Source: a plasmid
Sequence record: NZ_CP027240.1
DNA: 51,945 nucleotides
Reading direction: 5' to 3' (one strand)
Both the position numbers and the translations under genes were made by a program. This document shows, piece by piece, positions 47,953 to 51,945 of the stretch. How positions within the stretch are numbered: position 1 is the first letter of the stretch; each line of letters begins with the position of its first letter. The notes under the pieces were generated by a model. That model was given only the letters and a program-made list of their open reading frames with translations. It ran no database searches and was not told the origin of the DNA.

Positions 47953-48437
47953 GGTCAAGTCCCAGGTAGTGGTGTATCGCCTGTGATCCTTCGTAGGGGT
48001 TAGGCGCTGAGTTCGAGGACGGGGTCGGTGCTCACCTCCGTCGTCGTGTCGGTCACTGGAGCGAGTCGGCAGCGGGCGAGGACTTCGAGGCCGAGGTAGC
48101 GGCGGCCTTCGGCCCATTCGTCGGTCTGTTCGGCCAGCACGGCCCCGACGAGGCGAACGATGGCCTGCCGGTTGGGGAAGATGCCCACGGCGTCGGTGCG
48201 GCGCCGGATCTCCTTGTTCAGCCGCTCGGAGGGGTTGTTGGACCAGATCTGGGTCCAGACGTCCTTGGGGAAGGCGGTGAAGGCCAGGATGTCGGCGCGG
48301 GCGGCGTCGAGGTGCTCGGCCACCGCCGGCAGCTTGGCGGCCACGTAGTCCAGCAGCCGGTCGAACTGGGCGTGCACCGCGGCGGCGTCGGGCTGGTCGT
48401 AGACCGAGTGCAGCATCGCCTTGACCGCCGGCCACAT
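47953..48437 (-). mobile_element. IS256 copy C, transposase-3' segment (left IR to the IS3 insertion point)
   Basis: Identical to the 43330..43814 part of copy B. Ends at CAT where IS3 is inserted. Confidence 0.85.
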
Positions 48438-48456
48438 GGGGCTGATGCATGAGTAG

Positions 48457-48816
48457 GTGACATCTGATCTGGCTTGCCCTGCGGGGCGGGCCTGGAAGGA
48501 TGTTGCTGTGCCCAAGCCCTACCCCCAGGAGTTCCGCGACGACGTCGTCCGGGTGGCTCAGTCCCGCGAGGACGGTGTCTCCCTGGACCAGATCGCCCGG
48601 GACTTCGGTGTCCATCCAGTGACGTTGCAGAAGTGGATGCGCAAGGCCGACGTGGAGGCCGGGATCAAACCCGGCACCACGTCGGCCGAGTCGCGTGAGC
48701 TGCGCGAGGCCAAGCGCCGAGTACGTCTGCTGGAGCAGGAGAACGAGGTCCTGCGCCGCGCTGCTGCCTACCTGTCCCAGGCGAATCTGCCGGGAAAAGG
48801 TGGTACCCGCTCGTGA
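48457..48816 (+). CDS. IS3-family transposase OrfA (copy 2)
   Basis: Identical to 7012..7371. Confidence 0.85.
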   Translation: MTSDLACPAGRAWKDVAVPKPYPQEFRDDVVRVAQSREDGVSLDQIARDFGVHPVTLQKWMRKADVEAGIKPGTTSAESRELREAKRRVRLLEQENEVLRRAAAYLSQANLPGKGGTRS

Positions 48817-49621
48817 ACGAGCTCGCCGCTGACGGCATCGCTGTCACGGTGACGTGCCGGGTACTCGGAATTGCTCGTCAGCCCTACTACCGGTGGCTCA
48901 AAAAGCCCGTGACCGACGCCGAACTGGCCGAGGCGTACCGGGCCAACGCCCTGTTCGATGCCCACCGCGAAGACCCGGAGTTCGGGTACCGCTACCTGGC
49001 CGACGAGGCCGAGGCCGCGGGCGAGAAGATGTGCCGGCGAACCGCTTGGCGGATCTGCTCGTCCGGTGGCTGGACCAGCGCCATCAGCCGAAAGGGCCGC
49101 GGCAAGCACCGCAAGGCCGGCGAGCCCGTACACGACGATTTGGTCGAGCGGGACTTCACCGCCTACGGTCCGAACGAGCTGTGGCTGACCGACATCACCG
49201 AGCACCGCACCGGCCAGGGCAAGCTCTACCTGTGTGCGATCAAGGACGTCTACTCGGGACGGATCGTCGGGTATTCGATCGATGCGCGAATGAAGTCCCG
49301 CCTGGCGGTCAACGCTCTGAACAGCGCTGTCGCCAGGCGGGGCGAGGTGACCGGTTGCATCCTGCACAGCGATAGAGGATCTCAATTTCGCTCGAAGAAG
49401 ATGCAGAAGGCCATCCGGCGACACGGCATGCTCGGGTCGATGGGCAGAGTCGGCGCGTGCGGTGACAACGCGGCCATGGAGAGCTTCTTTTCGCTGCTGC
49501 AGAACAACGTCCTTGACCGCCGATCCTGGGCCACCAGAGACGAGCTCCGGGCTGCCATCGTGCACTGGATCGAACGCACCTACCACCGCCGCAGACGGCA
49601 GGACCGCCTCGGCAGATTGAC
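48813..49621 (+). pseudogene. IS3-family transposase OrfB (copy 2), truncated 21 codons before its stop by the ISL3 insertion
   Basis: Identical to copy 1 up to ...RQDRLGRL, then ISL3 IR sequence. Remaining codons PIEYETIINHEAPQAA found at 51085..51136. Confidence 0.85.
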
Positions 49622-51076
49622 GGCTCTTCCGGAATCAGAGTGCATTGATCCGATCCTGAAGCCGGCCGGAGTGAATGAGTGACCGCAAGATGTAGTGCTT
49701 GAGGTTCCGGAAGCCCAGGGCGATCCCGCGCAGGTGCTCGAGGCGGCCGTTGATGGCCTCGACGGGGCCGTTGGAGGCACCCACGTCGAAGTAAGCGAGG
49801 ATCTCGCGATGCCGTTTCCACAGCGACCGGCCCAGCTGGGCGAGCTCGGGCAACTCCGTTGGCACACCGGCCCGGATCGACTTGAGGAGCTTGTACATCG
49901 CGATCTTGCCCTCCCGCTTGCCCGAGGCCTCGTAGGCGGCGATGAGTCGCTGGTAGACGCCGTAGGTGACCTCCACCGCCGCGTGCGCATCATGGGCGGT
50001 GAACGCCTTGAACAGGCGGACCTTCTGCTTGTCGGTCAACAGCTCAGCGCGGGTGCGCAGGATGCGACGGATGCCGTACAGCGGATCGCCGGTGCGGCCC
50101 CGGTGCCCGGTGGTGGCCTGCTGGATCCGCTGGCGGCACACGGTGAGCTTGTCCGCGGCCAGGTGCACGACGTGGAACGGGTCCATCACCGTCCGTGCTG
50201 CAGGAACAGCTTTCGCCGCAGCGGAATGGTAGCCGGCGAACCCGTCCATCGTGACAACCTTGACTCGATCCCGAAACACCTGGTCACGGGCGTCCAGCCA
50301 CTCGGTGAGCACCTTCGCCGAACGCCCCGGGACCATGTCCAGCAGACGAGACGGGCCAGTGCCGTCCACGACCGGGGTGAGGTCGACCAGCACGGTGACG
50401 AACGCACTGCTGCCGTCGCCGCGCACGTGCTTCCACTTGTGCTCATCGACACCGAGAACGCGGACGCCATCGAAGTGTCCGGGCTGCTCGTAGACCATCG
50501 CGCGAACCTCCGAGACCGCCAGGTCATTGACCAAATCCCACCCCAGCCCGAGGGCCTTGGCCACCGCGGACACGCTGGTGCGGTCGATCGCCAAGCGCTG
50601 CAGGATCCAGCGGCTGCAGCGGCGGGTGGTCTTGGCCCGCGGCTCGGCCAACGCCGGCATCCGCTGCTGGAAGATCCTCGTAGCGCACTCGGTGTTGTCG
50701 CAGGTGAAGCGCGGTACCCGCACGTGCAGTCTGGTCGGGTGCCCGACGATCGGTAGATCCGTGACCTTCCGCTGGACGTGGTCCCGCAAACGGCCCGCCA
50801 TCCCGCACTCGGCGCAGATCGGGTCGAGTGTGACCGGGGCGCAGAACAGGTGCGTGAGCTCGTCAGCCACAGCGGCGTCGGTGATGGTCACCCCGAGCTC
50901 GACGGTGCGGCAGATGGTGTCGGCGAGCAGGCTGGCGGTAGCGTTCAAAGCGGGTCCTGGGGATGCGAAGTGCTGGTGTAGGAACTTGCATCTTCACACG
51001 CCCCAGGACCCCTACATCTTGTGCCTCACCGCATCACCGGCGAACCCCAGCTATGCACTCCGGATCCGGAAGGGCC
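49622..51076 (-). mobile_element. ISL3-family insertion sequence, copy 2 (1455 bp), 8-bp TSD AGATTGAC, inserted in IS3 orfB
   Basis: AGATTGAC at 49614-49621 and 51077-51084. IRs match copy 1. Confidence 0.9.
49635..50948 (-). CDS. ISL3-family transposase (copy 2; few aa differences from copy 1)
   Basis: 437 aa, identical length and near-identical sequence to 10897..12210. Confidence 0.9.
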   Translation of the reverse strand: MNATASLLADTICRTVELGVTITDAAVADELTHLFCAPVTLDPICAECGMAGRLRDHVQRKVTDLPIVGHPTRLHVRVPRFTCDNTECATRIFQQRMPALAEPRAKTTRRCSRWILQRLAIDRTSVSAVAKALGLGWDLVNDLAVSEVRAMVYEQPGHFDGVRVLGVDEHKWKHVRGDGSSAFVTVLVDLTPVVDGTGPSRLLDMVPGRSAKVLTEWLDARDQVFRDRVKVVTMDGFAGYHSAAAKAVPAARTVMDPFHVVHLAADKLTVCRQRIQQATTGHRGRTGDPLYGIRRILRTRAELLTDKQKVRLFKAFTAHDAHAAVEVTYGVYQRLIAAYEASGKREGKIAMYKLLKSIRAGVPTELPELAQLGRSLWKRHREILAYFDVGASNGPVEAINGRLEHLRGIALGFRNLKHYILRSLIHSGRLQDRINAL

Positions 51077-51168
51077 AGATTGACCCCGATCGAATACGAG
51101 ACCATCATCAACCATGAGGCCCCTCAGGCCGCGTGACTAACCCTGTCACCTAACCGTGCACCACCCCC

Positions 51169-51945
51169 CATCGACTTCGGGGTCACGCTCATGAGGTTGG
51201 CGGCGTAGTGGGTGCGGCAGCGCTGCCAGGTGGCGCCGGGAAGGTTGGCCGCGATGGCCTCGACGAGGCCGGCGTGCGCGTCTGAGGTCACGAGCCGGAC
51301 CCCAGCCAGGCCGCGGGCCACGAGGTCGGCGAAGAACTCGTTCCACGCCGCCCCGGTCTCGGCCGTGGCCACCCGCATGCCCAGGACCTCGCGGTGCCCG
51401 TCACCGTTGACACCGGTCGCGATCAGGACCACGGCGTTGATGACCCGCCCGCCCTCGCGCACCTTCATGGTCAGGGCGTCGGCGGCGACGAACGTGAAGG
51501 GTCCGGCCTCGTCGAGGGGCCGGTGGCGGAAGGCCTCGACCTGGGCGTCGAGGTCGGCGGCCATCCGGGACACCTGCGACTTCGACAGGCTGTTGATGCC
51601 CAGCTGCTTGACGAGCTTGTCCATCCGGCGGGTGCTCACCCCGGCCAGATAACAGTCCGCCACCACCGTGATCAGCGCCGACTCGGCCCGCTTGCGCCGC
51701 TCGAGCAGCCACTCGGGGAAGTACGTCCCGGTGCGCAGCTTGGGGATCGCGACGTCGATCGTGCCGACCCGGGTGTCCAGGTCGCGGTGCCGGTAGCCGT
51801 TGCGCTGCGCGGTCCGGTCCGGGCTGCGTTGGCCCCACTCGGCACCGACCACCGCGTCGGCGTCGGCGGACAGCAGCGCGTTGATCACCGTCTGCAGCAG
51901 GTTGCGCATGAGGTCCGGGGAGGCTTCCGCCAGGGCCTCGCCAAG
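51169..51945 (-). mobile_element. IS256 copy C, transposase-5' segment (continues beyond the window end). The transposase N-terminal part is 51172..51945.
   Basis: Identical to 43815..44591 of copy B. Joined to the IS3 right IR after TSD CAT. Confidence 0.85.

Larger units (their letters stand above)
48438..51168 (+). mobile_element. IS3-family element, copy 2, inserted in the IS256 transposase gene (3-bp TSD CAT) and itself interrupted by ISL3 at 49622..51076
   Basis: Same IRs and ORFs as copy 1. CAT at 48435-48437 and 51169-51171. The IS3 orfB 3' end and right IR resume at 51085..51168. Confidence 0.9.

Overview
This 51.9-kb window is high-GC actinobacterial DNA that reads as an accessory, plasmid-derived region. 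It has three parts.

**1. A ~43-kb plasmid-like segment (positions ~154..43329).** It carries a complete plasmid backbone:
- a Prim-Pol-type Rep, with TGACGTCA-containing iterons in front of a small RHH gene and a perfect hairpin in front of rep;
- ParA plus an RHH ParG-like partner;
- a BrnT/BrnA-like toxin-antitoxin pair;
- a MOBF/TrwC-type relaxase-helicase;
- KfrA and an HNH nuclease;
- two serine recombinases with res-like sites.

Its cargo is metal and redox related:
- a merR-merA unit with a palindromic operator;
- ArsR-CDF, and MerR-ACR3-like permease with a 19-bp-spacer dyad promoter;
- the NRAMP transporter MntH;
- an extracytoplasmic thiol-redox and copper cluster: TlpA, CcdA, DsbA, VKOR, PCuAC, EfeB, CopD-CtaG fusion, SURF1, two M23 peptidases;
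- an MFS transporter with its TetR regulator, and a DUF1016 nuclease.

The segment is bounded by two direct IS256 copies (A and B). Their inner flanks carry the same 8-bp sequence CGCTCCTT, and a gene split between the two junctions reads through in frame when the segment is circularised. This is the signature of an IS-mediated cointegrate, that is, a plasmid-sized circle integrated or resolved by IS256.

**2. An IS256-bounded heavy-metal module (43330..51945).** IS256 copies B and C are in direct orientation and enclose a P1B-type ATPase with an atypical CSC motif, an HMA-like chaperone and a divergent ArsR regulator.

**3. Nested IS insertions, with target-site duplications readable directly.**
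- IS256 copy C carries an IS3-family element (TSD CAT), which carries an ISL3 element (TSD AGATTGAC).
- An IS21-family element (TSD GCCGGA) splits efeB; an ISL3 element (TSD GGTAAAGC) splits its istB.
- A second IS3 copy (TSD CGC) sits 6 codons before the ccdA stop.

The least explained content is a co-directional pair downstream of merA, orf112 and orf748, with no recognisable domains. Next to it is a ~750-bp low-GC island holding a small His-rich ORF.

Coordinates are +/-1 in a few places: my reading of the sequence and the ORF track disagreed by one base in two IS256 and relaxase-proximal lines.
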